This document shows, in pieces, positions 50,351-61,438 of a DNA stretch of 64,000 bases. The stretch covers positions 682,001-746,000 of the forward strand of contig OZ025797.1 in assembly GCA_964019425.1 (NCBI GenBank), written 5' to 3'. The notes under the pieces were generated by a model. The model was given only the letters and a program-made list of their open reading frames with translations. It did not search any database and was not told the origin of the DNA. The DNA comes from Flectonema sp. DT1601 (Eukaryota). Made by a program: the position numbers and the translations under genes. The stretch's first letter is position 1. Each line of letters opens with the position of its first letter.

Positions 50351-53300
50351 ATGGGAGCCACTAAAGCAAAGAAGAAGGCGCAACAGGAGCCAAAGCCTGA
50401 AGAGGTTGTCGAGATGGAAGAAGCTGACGAGACTCGTACTCCTGGAAGCTCAGCATGGATTGATGACGAACTGATCCGTTTGAATGGTGAGAGACAAGGT
50501 AAACAGCCACTCACCAAGGATGATGTCGAGTTCAAAGACGGAAAATTGGTTCTTACTGAGGAAGCTCAGCAGGCTGATATTAACCAAACTGCCAACCCAA
50601 AGAAGAGTGGAACTCAACTGAAGGCCAAGAAGGGTGCTGAAGTAAAGTACTGGCAGGCAGCAGCTAAGATCGAGAACGGGGAGGTCGCAATGTGCTACAA
50701 CAAACCGACTGGTAGAATTGATGACCAAACCAACTTGAGACAAGAATCCTGTGGTTTCAGTACAGATATTAACCCAACGAGACCTGGTGACTCAAAGGGT
50801 TTGAATGATGAACAGGCTGAAATGCTCCGCAAATCTTGGGGTAAGAACGAGATGACCCCAAAGGACTTGCCGAACACTTTCATGAGATTCCTTCACGAGT
50901 TTACTGGACCATTCACCCTCCTTCTTATTGCTGGATCTATCATGTGCTTCGTTGCCTACGGTATTGACACCTCGTCTCCTGAAAACTTGTATCTCGGAAT
51001 AGTTCTGATTTTGGTTGTCTTCATAACTTCGACTTTCACCTTCTTGCAATCCGAGAAAGCCAACGACATGATGAAAAAGTTTAAAGAAATGGGAGGAGCG
51101 ACCAACACCGTTCGAAGGAACGATGGTCCGCTCCAAGCAGCTCGTGAAATCAGCATTCAAGCAACTCAACTTGTTCCTGGTGATGTTGTTGTGTTAAACC
51201 TTGGAGACAAGATTTCTGCTGATTTCCGTATTCTGTCAACTGTTGGTGAATTCCTTGTCGAACAATCTGCTCTTACTGGAGAACCTGATGCTATTGCCAA
51301 GGGTAACAAGGTTGACGAATCTCGTGTTGCAATGGAAAACAGAGGAATTATCGATGCTGAATTGTCTGGTGACGTTAGAGACACCGTTCTCGAATCCGGA
51401 AGAACTTACCAATCACAGACTGACAATCCTGGATGCCCTGACGCACTTCACTCAAGAAACATTATCATGACCGGAACTTCAATTAAGGGAGGTGCATGCA
51501 CTGCTGTTTGTGTTGCTACTGGAGATTGGACCGTCATGGGAATGCTTTGGTACATGTCTGGAAGCAATGCTGAAGAGACTCCACTTAACCAGGAAATTGA
51601 ACGTTTCGTATTCTTGATCTCTGTCATTGCTCTTATTCTTGGAATTATCGCTTTCGTTGTTGCCACCATCGTTGAAGGACCAGGGAAGATGCTTTCAGTT
51701 ATTGTGTTCACAATTGGTATTATTGTCGCAAACGTTCCTGAAGGTCTTCTTGCCACTGTTACTGTCTCCCTTACATTGACTGCTAGCAGAATGAAGGATG
51801 TTCAGGTTTTGGTTAAGAACTTGGAAGCCATTGAGACCCTTGGATCTACTGCTGTTATCTGCTCTGACAAGACTGGTACCCTCACTCAAAACAAGATGAC
51901 TGTTATTTACTCGTGGACAGCAAACTTCTCTGAGGATAACGGAAGCATTCAGGAAGGAACTTACTGGAACACTGCCCCAGATGGTTATGAGGTTAGAAAC
52001 CCGTTCCCTGGTCACTCGATGAAGAACATGCAACCTACCGAACCATTCTTCGTAAAGAACGAGGTTTGCCAGGACCTTGTCGCCGCCGCCTCTCTTTGCA
52101 GCAGTGCTAAGTGGATTGTTGAGGACAAGATCGACAGACGTACTCAGAAGGTTTTGATTAAGTTCAACGATCTTCCAATTCAGGAGAAGCCAGTTGACGG
52201 TGACGCATCTGAGTGTGCCATCATGAAGTACGCTGAAGCCCGTCTCACTGGAAAGGATGGAGGTGTTGAAGGATTCAGAAGCAGAAACCCTGTCTGTGAC
52301 GGAGGAAAGCTTCCATTCGACTCAAAGAATAAGTTTATGATTGAATCTTGCTACTACACTAAGGAGAATGGTGACAAGGGAGTCAGATGCTACGTAAAGG
52401 GAGGTGCTGATGGAGTATGGGAGTGGGTAACTCACGTAAAGGCTGTTGATGATGATAAGAATGTCGTCCTTCGTCCAAAGTCCGAGTACGATGAGTCCTT
52501 CCAGGAGTGCCTCGCTCTGATGGCTTCCCAGGGTCTTCGTCTGTTCTGCTTCGGATACTTTGATGTCCCTACTCACATTGCAAGAGATGAATCTAAGTTG
52601 TCCCACGGTGATGGAACTACTGAGGGATCATTCATGAACATGTTTAAGCTTCCTCCAGGTCAGGGTGCTGATAACTGGCCAGAAGATCCAAGACAGCCTA
52701 ACTTTACAAGAAGTCACGGTCCATACTCTGGTCAGGCATTCCCTAACGGATTAGTATTCACAGGTATCCTCGCCCTTCAGGATCCTCCAAGATTGGGAGT
52801 ACCAGAAGCCGTTAAGATTTGCCACGAAGCCTCCATTCACGTTGTCATGGTTACAGGTGACATGCCTCGTACTGGTGCTGCTATTGCCAAGAGTATTGGT
52901 ATTTTGTGGGGAAAGACTATTGAGGAATTAGTTTTAGAAAGATGTTTAGTCGGAGAGAAGGGATACGAGTACAGTATTGAAAACAATGACCTTCCACAGA
53001 CCGTTATTGACAGACTCCGTGCTGACCCTGAATGCAAGTCGAGCTTCTCACCAAGCTTCCAGAAGAAGACTGAGGCTCAGATCCGCAAGGAAGAAGCCGC
53101 CAGATCTGAAGGAGACAAGGTCATCACTTCGTTGGCTGTTGCCGGTCGTTCTGAAGTCAGCAAGTGGGACACTGAGAACTACACAGAGGACTGGTACCGC
53201 GCATTCGAATTCGTTTTGAAGCCAGGAAGACGTGGTCTGGTATTTGCCAGAACCTCACCAATTCAGAAGTTGTTTATCGTCGAGCACTTCAGAAAGGCTC

Positions 53301-54802
53301 ACAAGTACATGGACACTGACAGCGTTAAGATGGAGGATCAGGCACCGTGGGGATTTGTTCCACAGGGTGATGACGAAAAGTACCCAATTCTTGTCAGAGA
53401 CGAAATGGTGACCGCTGTTACTGGTGACGGTGTTAACGACGCCCCTGCTCTTTCAAAGGCGAGAATTGGTATTTGCATGGGTATCGCTGGTACTGATGTT
53501 ACTAAGGAAGCTGCTGACATGATTCTCATGGACGATAACTTTGCTTCTATTGTAAGAGGTGTAAAGGAAGGACGTCTTGTCTTTGATAACTTGAAGAAAT
53601 CGATCGCTTACACTCTTTCATCGAACATTCCTGAAATTGCTCCATTTATCTCATACATCGTTATTGGTCTTCCATCACCTTTGTCAACTGTTTTGATTCT
53701 TTGCATCGATTTAGGTACCGACATGGTTCCTGCTATCTCCCTCGCTTACGAAGGTCCAGAGAGAGATATCATGAAGAGAAAGCCACGTCCATCTGATGAT
53801 AACCTTGTTACTGCAAGACTGATTTCATTCTCTTACCTGCAGATTGGAATGCTTCAGGCTCTTGCTGGATTCTACGCGTACTTCGCAATTATGTACTCTG
53901 AGGGTTATAGTCCGGTTGATCTTCCAAACCACGGAGAGACTCGTAACTACTTCGAAGACGGAGGAATTCCATTTGGTGGATTCTCAATCACTGAGAACAA
54001 ATACTCCCTCGCAGTTGCTCAAACCGGTTTCTTTGTTTCGATTGTCATCGTTCAGTGGTCTGATATTCTAATCTGTAAGACTCGTCGTCTGTCTTTGTTC
54101 ACTCAGGGAATGAAGTATGTTTTTATTATTTTTTGTTTTTAAATAGTTTTTAATAATCCAAAATAATTACTTCTCCACAATAAAACACCAACAGGAACGA
54201 TCAGTTGAACTTCGGTCTGTTCTTTGAGACTGCTCTCGCCTGCTTCTTTATGTACTTGCCTGGATTGTCTACCGTATGTTATTTCTATTTAATACTTTAG
54301 ACTATTACGTATTACTGAGGGCGTCAACGGGGTGCGACATAAATACAAAAAAACAGGTCTTCGGTCTTGCTAGATTGAGATTCGTCTACTGGCTTCCAGC
54401 TATTCCATTCGCAATTATGATCTTCAGTTACGATGAAACCAGAAAGTGGATTATCAGACGACATGATGGTTTGTTTTTTTTTGTTATTGGAATTTCTTTT
54501 TTCTCTCTCTTTTCTTTACCAGCGTTTTGTCATATTGAATTGAATGATATAAAACAAAAAAAACAGTTGTGCAAGACTTCTTCAGACATCAGAAGGAGAA
54601 GGGATTAATGAAGTCCGAATACGACACTGAACTATTCTGGGAGGGTAAGCCACAGGATCTTGAGGGAGCTGACATGAGCATGAACCCTGACTGGACTCAA
54701 GCTGAAATCGATGAATACGAGGCCAACAAGGTTGCTCTTAACAGAACTGCCACCAACCTTGAAAAGGCTGCCAGGTGGTTGGACACCTTCACCTACTGGT
54801 AG
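50351..54802 (+). CDS. ATP1A: P-type ATPase type IIC, Na+/K+-ATPase alpha-subunit-like (~1396 aa); exons 50351-54114, 54195-54273, 54357-54468, 54567-54802
   Basis: Motifs LTGEP, VANVPEGLLATVTVSL, CSDKTGTLTQN (phospho-Asp), DPPR, MVTGD, TGDGVNDAPAL, KKSIAYTLSSNIPEI, ILCIDLGTDMVPAISLAYE and VQWSDILICKTRR. Three GT-AG introns restore M9-M10 (NFGLFFETALA...YDETRKWIIRR) and the C-terminus WLDTFTYW. Confidence 0.96.
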
Positions 54803-57195
54803 GAGTTGTTGTTATCATTTTTCAATTCTAATTTTATTTTCTTTCCAGTCTTAAACACGCCCGTTTCCCCTTTTAGAATATTCGACTCCAGTAGCGTTGC
54901 CAAATCTCTTTTGAACAGGAACAGTAACCTGTTCTTAGCTACCAGTAAAGGTAACATTGGACCTTTTGTCGAAACCTTCCCCCTTCCCCCTGCCTGAAAT
55001 AAACCCGTTTTCCCCAGCACCCCCATTCCCCAAGAATTTTCTCCTATCTACATTATATTTTTCCTATGTGAAGCCTTTGGAAGGGTGAACCCTATCGAAT
55101 GAAGTCTGAAGAAGTAAAATTGTGAGCAAACATGGGCAGTCTTAATAAAGTTGGTTTTCTTTTCGGATAGGGTCTATTGTGTTTTTTAAAAAAATATTCC
55201 AGCGGTGTCTCAAAAAGAAAGTAAAAAGTCATTCGACCGCCCAGGTTGAACGACCTATTTGCACTTTTTTGGCGTCGAAGTGGTTGGCGTACTTGCCTAA
55301 TGACTATTTTCTTTTTTTTTTTTTTTTTCGAAAGAAGCAAAAAGAAAAAAAAAAAAAAAAAAAAAAGGGAATTTAAAAAAAAAAAAAAAAAAAAAAGAAT
55401 AAGTAAAACACCTCGATTAATAAGATAATAAACGAATGCTCGCACAGCTAGGCTGACAGAAGTTTGGCAGCTGCAGACGGTTAAAAAAAAACGAAAGCAA
55501 AAAAAAAAAAAAAGTTGTCTACCCCTCGACATTTAAAGAGTGTTATTACGGTTATGGGGCCAGGCACGTACCAGATTTTAGATAACTGTTCTTAAACTTG
55601 AGCCCCGCTTTTCTTTCTAATTCATCTGTTCAGCAGCCTAAGTTAGTTTTAGCCTTCTTCTTCTTCTTTCGCGTTGTAGGTCATAGTGGGCTTCCGCAAA
55701 ATAAAAAAAATATTTTCCAGAATCTTTTTTTACTTTTCATTTTTCCCGTTTTTTTTCTTTTTTTTTGGGTGTTTATGACTTGCGGATAGAACAAACACGA
55801 ATGAAACTAGTGTTGTACCCCCCCTCGAAAAAAAAAAAAAAAAAAAAAAGAAGATATTCCCCCGACCCTTCCCCGCATAGCAGGAATAAGTAGTCCCCTC
55901 TTCCCATGCCTCATCCCATGTTCTTTTTCGTACCCTAACTTGCGATCGTTGGCAGTTGCACGAGCGTGTGCAAAAAGTAATATTACATCGTCGAGATCGT
56001 CTTGTATTGTTTTCAAAGATTTCGTTGGCGTTTTTCGAAGCACGAAATCTTTGTTTCCTTCTGAATAAATATACCTGTCGGTGGGTGTCCAATTCTGTTG
56101 TTATCTTATCTTTATAAGTGCGTGGAGATAACAAAAAAAAAAAAAAAAAAAGCACCACTTATCAGAAAAAAAAAAATCGTAACCAATCAGACAGGGGTTG
56201 TCTTCCTTATTTTATTTTCTCTTCTATATTGTTATTGTTTAGGTATGCTGACTTCCTGCGGGACTGTTGTCTGAAGGCTACCAACTGATTGGTTATGTGT
56301 ATTTACATTGGTCCTGATTTGGAAGCCTTTGTAGGGCAGAAGCATGTAAAAAAAAAAAAAAAAAAAGGAAATTGAACATCACCCCCTTCCCCCCATTGAG
56401 GAGAAAATCATGTGACGGTAAAACAGAAAAAAAAAAAAATAAATAAAAAAAAAGATGTCGGCAAATTGCTTCCTCTCGATTATAAACCCCACACAAAATA
56501 TTATAAAAACAAAGAAATGTAGGGAGTTGTCCCTGTAGTGTGATCGCATGGTTCTGCAGGGCTTAACTGAGGGTTGTGCCAGTCGCCTTTTTGATATATT
56601 TTTGTTTTCTATTTTTTCAATTTTTTTTTCTTTTCTTGTAATTGAACGAAAAAACGTTTCTTGAGGGAAAAAAAGAAAGTTTTAAAAAAAAAAAAAAAAA
56701 AAAAAAAGCAGGGCACCTGGCAATACAGCACAACCGTAAAAAATCAAAAAAAAATCAAAAGGTTCTCTCTAAAGTGAAACGTTTCTTTGATCTTGTGCCC
56801 CCTTTCTTCCAACCCCAGTGTTGTCCCCCCCTGTACCTCCAAGATGTTTCTCAGGGTATAATATGTACAGTATAGTTCAGGTGCACGGGCAATATTCTTG
56901 CCACCCCCCTGAGACCCAGTTAGACTTTGAGTCACGTCAACCCCCCCTGCGCGCCATTATGGAAAAAAAAAAAAAAGGAAAGAAGAAGACCCACCCCTCC
57001 CCATCCGCTCCCTCGACGTATTCCTGTTAGCGGCTAGTGGCAGAGTCTGTTGTGGTTTTGTAGTTTTGAATGATTTATTATTTTCAAATTCAGGTTACAA
57101 ATCAAACAATTTACTGTCTTCCAAATGCAACCTACCTGACTGGTTATATATTTCTCTCTCTCTCAGCCGCGCCGTGCAACACACAACACACAAAG

Positions 57196-58500
57196 ATGGA
57201 GTCCATGCTTCACGCAATCCACTCGAATACGAAGAAGGAAGCTTGGCGGCAGCTTTATGAATACATCTGTACTCACGAGTCAACTTTATCGAGAGATGGA
57301 ATGATGGCAGTGCTTCTACAGCAGTTACCAATAAATAAATATGCTACCGCTTGGTGTATGTTGTTGAGCTGCGCTCTAGCAAAAGGTGAAGCATACCTAA
57401 ATCAGGTAGAGATATTTCTGAGTGAAATGGACGTTGAAAAAGTTGTCAAATCGTGTCCTGAAGAACTAGGCCGGCTCAGTCATAAATACACCGATCTTTG
57501 TAGAGAGTTAAAAACACCTTGGAGGGGGATAGCTACTTTGCTTGGAGCAATTAGTAAGGTCCGACCTACTCTGAATCATTTAACACCATTTCATTCTGAC
57601 TTTATTTGTTTATGTTTGTTAGATAAACAATATGCTGTAGCGAGAGAACTTTTATCCACAACTATTTACTCAATAGTACCCGCTGCCACTGGTGTGACCC
57701 CCAGAGACTTCGCAACGTATTATTACTACGGAGGTATCATCTGGTTAGGACTCCAGGAATACCACAAAGCACATTCATTCTTCGAAACAGCTGTCTGCCT
57801 ACCAGCGACATGTTTGAGTGCTATGGCTGTTGAGGCTTATAAGAAATATGTATTAGTTTCACTGATGTTGAAGGGAAAAGTTCAGCTTCCTAGACACTGT
57901 CCTAATGCTGTTGTAAAATCACTTGGTAAGTATTGTCATATATACTACAAGTATGCAGGGTTATACGGTGGTAAGGGAGTTACTAGACAATCGCTATTAT
58001 CATTTATAAAAGGTGAACAACAAGGTAATGAAGGAGTTGAAAAACTACTTAGATCTGACAACAATTTTTCACTTGCAAAAAAAACAGTATCAGCGTTTGT
58101 TGAGCAATCAATTATTAAATTAACATTAATATACGAGACTCTTACGTTGTCTTCAATCTGTGAAAAGGTTGGAATTGAAACTGAAGAAGAAACAGAAAAA
58201 ATTATTACTAAAATGATTTCAAGCGGTAGAGTTGTTGCTCACATCAATGACCTCACTAGTGTAGTGACGTTTGTGGATTCCCATCCGAGTAACTTTTGCA
58301 ATGCTATTAGTACTGAACTCAATTCAGTTAGTCACATCACCGCCAGAATACAACAAATGGATGATAATTTACTGACGAGTAGCGACTACGTTTTAAAACA
58401 AATGTCTAAACATCCCTTACTCAAGGATGACTTGGCTGCTATTTCTAAAGCAAAGTCAAAGACGATGTTCGAAAGTGTGATGGGTGTACTAAAAGGATAA
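57196..58500 (+). CDS. COPS3: COP9 signalosome subunit 3 (PCI domain), ~434 aa
   Basis: HLTPFHSDFICLCL, YYYYGGII, PA...SAMAVEAYKKYVLVSL and IIKLTLIYETLTLSSI are characteristic of CSN3. The likely start MESMLH follows the acceptor tttctctctctctcAG. Confidence 0.88.
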   Translation: MESMLHAIHSNTKKEAWRQLYEYICTHESTLSRDGMMAVLLQQLPINKYATAWCMLLSCALAKGEAYLNQVEIFLSEMDVEKVVKSCPEELGRLSHKYTDLCRELKTPWRGIATLLGAISKVRPTLNHLTPFHSDFICLCLLDKQYAVARELLSTTIYSIVPAATGVTPRDFATYYYYGGIIWLGLQEYHKAHSFFETAVCLPATCLSAMAVEAYKKYVLVSLMLKGKVQLPRHCPNAVVKSLGKYCHIYYKYAGLYGGKGVTRQSLLSFIKGEQQGNEGVEKLLRSDNNFSLAKKTVSAFVEQSIIKLTLIYETLTLSSICEKVGIETEEETEKIITKMISSGRVVAHINDLTSVVTFVDSHPSNFCNAISTELNSVSHITARIQQMDDNLLTSSDYVLKQMSKHPLLKDDLAAISKAKSKTMFESVMGVLKG

Positions 58501-58914
58501 AAAAAAAAAGATTTAAAAAAAAAAAAAAACGATCTTGATCTACTAATTCATAAACTACCATAAGCGTATGTGACTCTTACCCGACGCAGGATGGTAATAA
58601 TGTTAGTTTTTAAAAAATAAATAAAAAAAAAGTGTAGTTCATCTAAATATTTAAAAGAGGTTTGAGATGTTTTCCTTTTTTTATTTTTCTTCTTGACATC
58701 ACTCCCTTGCCTATTGATATCTTGAAGGGGTGAATTGGGGTTGCCAGAGATACGCTTCTTTTTAACCTTTTTTTTTTTTTGAGTACACCCACCCAAGACA
58801 ACTGTTGTTCTAAGGGGATGTAGTGTACGAAGTGAATGTTATTTTTCGTTTCGTTGAAGTCGTCCGTTTTGATGAGTGTTCCTGCCCACCCCTCCAGCAC
58901 CCACTCAAACACGA

Positions 58915-58945
<31 letters not shown>

Positions 58946-59034
58946 AATCTGACTAGCAGTATATTAACCAACTTTGACTTGCACATCCTTGGAGTGAAAC
59001 ATCTGTTTTATTATCATTCAGGTTCCTACACAAA

Positions 59035-60489
59035 ATGCGGCTGCTCGGAGGGTCCGGAGGCCGCTCTCGCAAGATGGCGATTGTGTTGGGGCAGCTGCTG
59101 CTGGTTGTCGTTTATTATTTGTTCATGTCGGCATCAAAAATTCTTGAAGAACGAAGACGAGCAAACTCCTACGGAGGAGCAGAAATGTCTTCATACAATA
59201 ACGGCAGAACACTAACCAGCAGCTCACAAGATTTAAGAGGACCACTATCCCGATGGGGTCACAAAGATTGGCTTCCACAAAGGGATAAAGAAGTATTGCT
59301 GAGAGGATATAAGAGTCATTTTGAAAATCCACATCACGCAGAGAGATACATTTCATGTGGAGATGCTGCTGCTGATGATGCGAACAAAGTGGCTGTTGAG
59401 AAAGTACTTCGACATATTTCACTCGATTATATACATCCAACTAGAGAACTTAGTGATGCGACAGCAGCCTTGCGTGGAGTCTATGAAAAGTTTTCAAAGT
59501 GTCCCACCATTGGACTCAACTATGTCATCGCTCACTCTGTCACCGCTGAGAGCAGATCAGAATTCGAACTGATGGAAAAGATCCTTGCAGCAGTTCCGAA
59601 AGGTCATCAACTCCATTTAAAATCAATATTCTGGCTCGCTGTAGTCCAAGAACTTCAAGGAAAAGACCAAGCAGCTCATCTCACCTACACCTCCGTCTTC
59701 GAGGAAGACAGCGAATACAGCAAAACATACTTTGGGAAATATAAATCTTTCTTTTTTGACCACCAAAGACAGATAAGTTTATTTGGTGACACTCGACTTA
59801 AGAGGGAAGACGCCAAACTTGTCGAGAGGAATGCTGTCATAAAGTTAGTTTTATACTACGAGTATGCTCCTCACTTCGCAGGATATTCTCACCTGTCTGC
59901 TGACGAGATGCTTCAATTCCACGACGTCTGGTATCAATTTGTTAAGGGAATGGTCCCTCCATATGTTACTCAAGTACTTCAGCAATGTTTACGTCAGTTG
60001 ATTGACATGGGAGCATTAAAGTTTGATGATAAACAAAGTAAAAGATATTTTCATTACAATCCTCCCTTCGTAAGATTCATGTCTGCAGTATACGTGAAGT
60101 TAGTTAGTAACATATTTGCCATGGAAATGAAGAGTACGTACACATACTTAGGAAGCTATCCAGGGGGATCTGAATTAAAGCCACACGTTGACAGAGCTCA
60201 ATGTGAGATAACTGTGAGTGTCAGTGTTGATGTTAATCCTGGAGAGGGGAGTTGTCCAATTGGACTTCGGTTGGAACCGAAAAAACTTCTCAAGGAAAGA
60301 TCTGTCGGAAACGTTTTAAAACCAACTGACCCGAATCTCGTTGCGTATGTTCACCCCAGGCCAGGTGACGCTTTAATGATCAGAGGAAGAGGACTAGTTC
60401 ATTGGAGAAATCCGGTCCCTGAAGGCATGAACTGCTCAAATATTTTCTTACACTACGTCCGTTCAGACTTTGTTGGTAAACAGGACTAG
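59035..60489 (+). CDS. Membrane-anchored 2OG-Fe(II) dioxygenase-domain protein (484 aa)
   Basis: N-terminal hydrophobic anchor (AIVLGQLLLVVVYYLFM). C-terminal double-stranded beta-helix motifs YPGGSELKPHVDR (HxD), GDALMIRG...HWR (distal His) and NIFLHYV. Confidence 0.8.
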   Translation: MRLLGGSGGRSRKMAIVLGQLLLVVVYYLFMSASKILEERRRANSYGGAEMSSYNNGRTLTSSSQDLRGPLSRWGHKDWLPQRDKEVLLRGYKSHFENPHHAERYISCGDAAADDANKVAVEKVLRHISLDYIHPTRELSDATAALRGVYEKFSKCPTIGLNYVIAHSVTAESRSEFELMEKILAAVPKGHQLHLKSIFWLAVVQELQGKDQAAHLTYTSVFEEDSEYSKTYFGKYKSFFFDHQRQISLFGDTRLKREDAKLVERNAVIKLVLYYEYAPHFAGYSHLSADEMLQFHDVWYQFVKGMVPPYVTQVLQQCLRQLIDMGALKFDDKQSKRYFHYNPPFVRFMSAVYVKLVSNIFAMEMKSTYTYLGSYPGGSELKPHVDRAQCEITVSVSVDVNPGEGSCPIGLRLEPKKLLKERSVGNVLKPTDPNLVAYVHPRPGDALMIRGRGLVHWRNPVPEGMNCSNIFLHYVRSDFVGKQD

Positions 60490-61438
60490 TGGGGGTTCTT
60501 ATTCTTCGTTTTGTTAATTTCTTTTTGTACGACTCCGCTGTGTTGGATTAGTCGATAATCACTTTGTTGATACTTTTGACTGTTTCTAAAAGACCAAACT
60601 AGGCCAGAAATTGTCCTTCGAAAAACAAAACAAAAAACAAATTAAAAAAACAAACAAAAAAACAGCAGCAACAAAAAAGATTAATTTAAGCGGAAAACAT
60701 GATCTCATCTTCTTTCGTAAAGTCCAATCTCCGAGGAGGGGTTGAAAATTCTTGTTTCGTATTTATAATTCTCGAAATGTGTTTTCTATCGTTGAAACAA
60801 TAATATTTTGAGAAATAAATAGCCGTTCAAGTTTAGTAAAAAAAATTAAATAGCAATTTAGCCAGGACTGGATGTCCTCAATTATATTAATAGAATTATT
60901 TCATTTTTTTTAATTTATTTTCTTTGCGCTAGTCGAAGCAAACTATTTCTGAGGATCAACAATGGGCATTCATTCAATTTTTTTTTTTAAAATTCTTTTT
61001 TTTTAAAAAATTCTTTCTTTCCCACCCGGCCCTAATTTCGAGTAACACGAATGCTTTCTAACTAACGACGGTAGTATTTCGTTACAGAACAGTGAGATTC
61101 GATGCTTAGTCGCCCTCCCTGGAGGGGGGGAGAGCTCTTACTATATTCACTCCTCTGTACGAATTCGTAAAAAAAAAAAAAAAAAAAGTTTATATTTGAT
61201 GATATGAAATCTCTCGTTAAGCAAAAAAAATTTATAATTTTTTTTTTCTTCTTCTTCAGGAACCAATAAAAGCGAAGGAAAATAATAATATTTTCTCACA
61301 TTCCCTTCTCATATTCGACAGTTGATGTTTTTCACAGCAATCAGGTAGCCGAATCTTAATTTGGTTTTAACCAGTTTCAAGTTGCTTTATATTTAATTGC
61401 AGTAGTCAATTTACTTCACCCATTCAGAAGACCCCAAA

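Noticed and set aside
50311..54071. Antisense and alternate-frame ORFs within the ATPase
   Set aside because: Shadow ORFs caused by codon bias of the real gene.
55807..56043. CDC26-like peptide (LRKTPT...DDLDD) on the minus strand
   Set aside because: It starts at GTG with no in-frame ATG before the upstream stop and runs into a homopolymer. The resemblance is probably chance.
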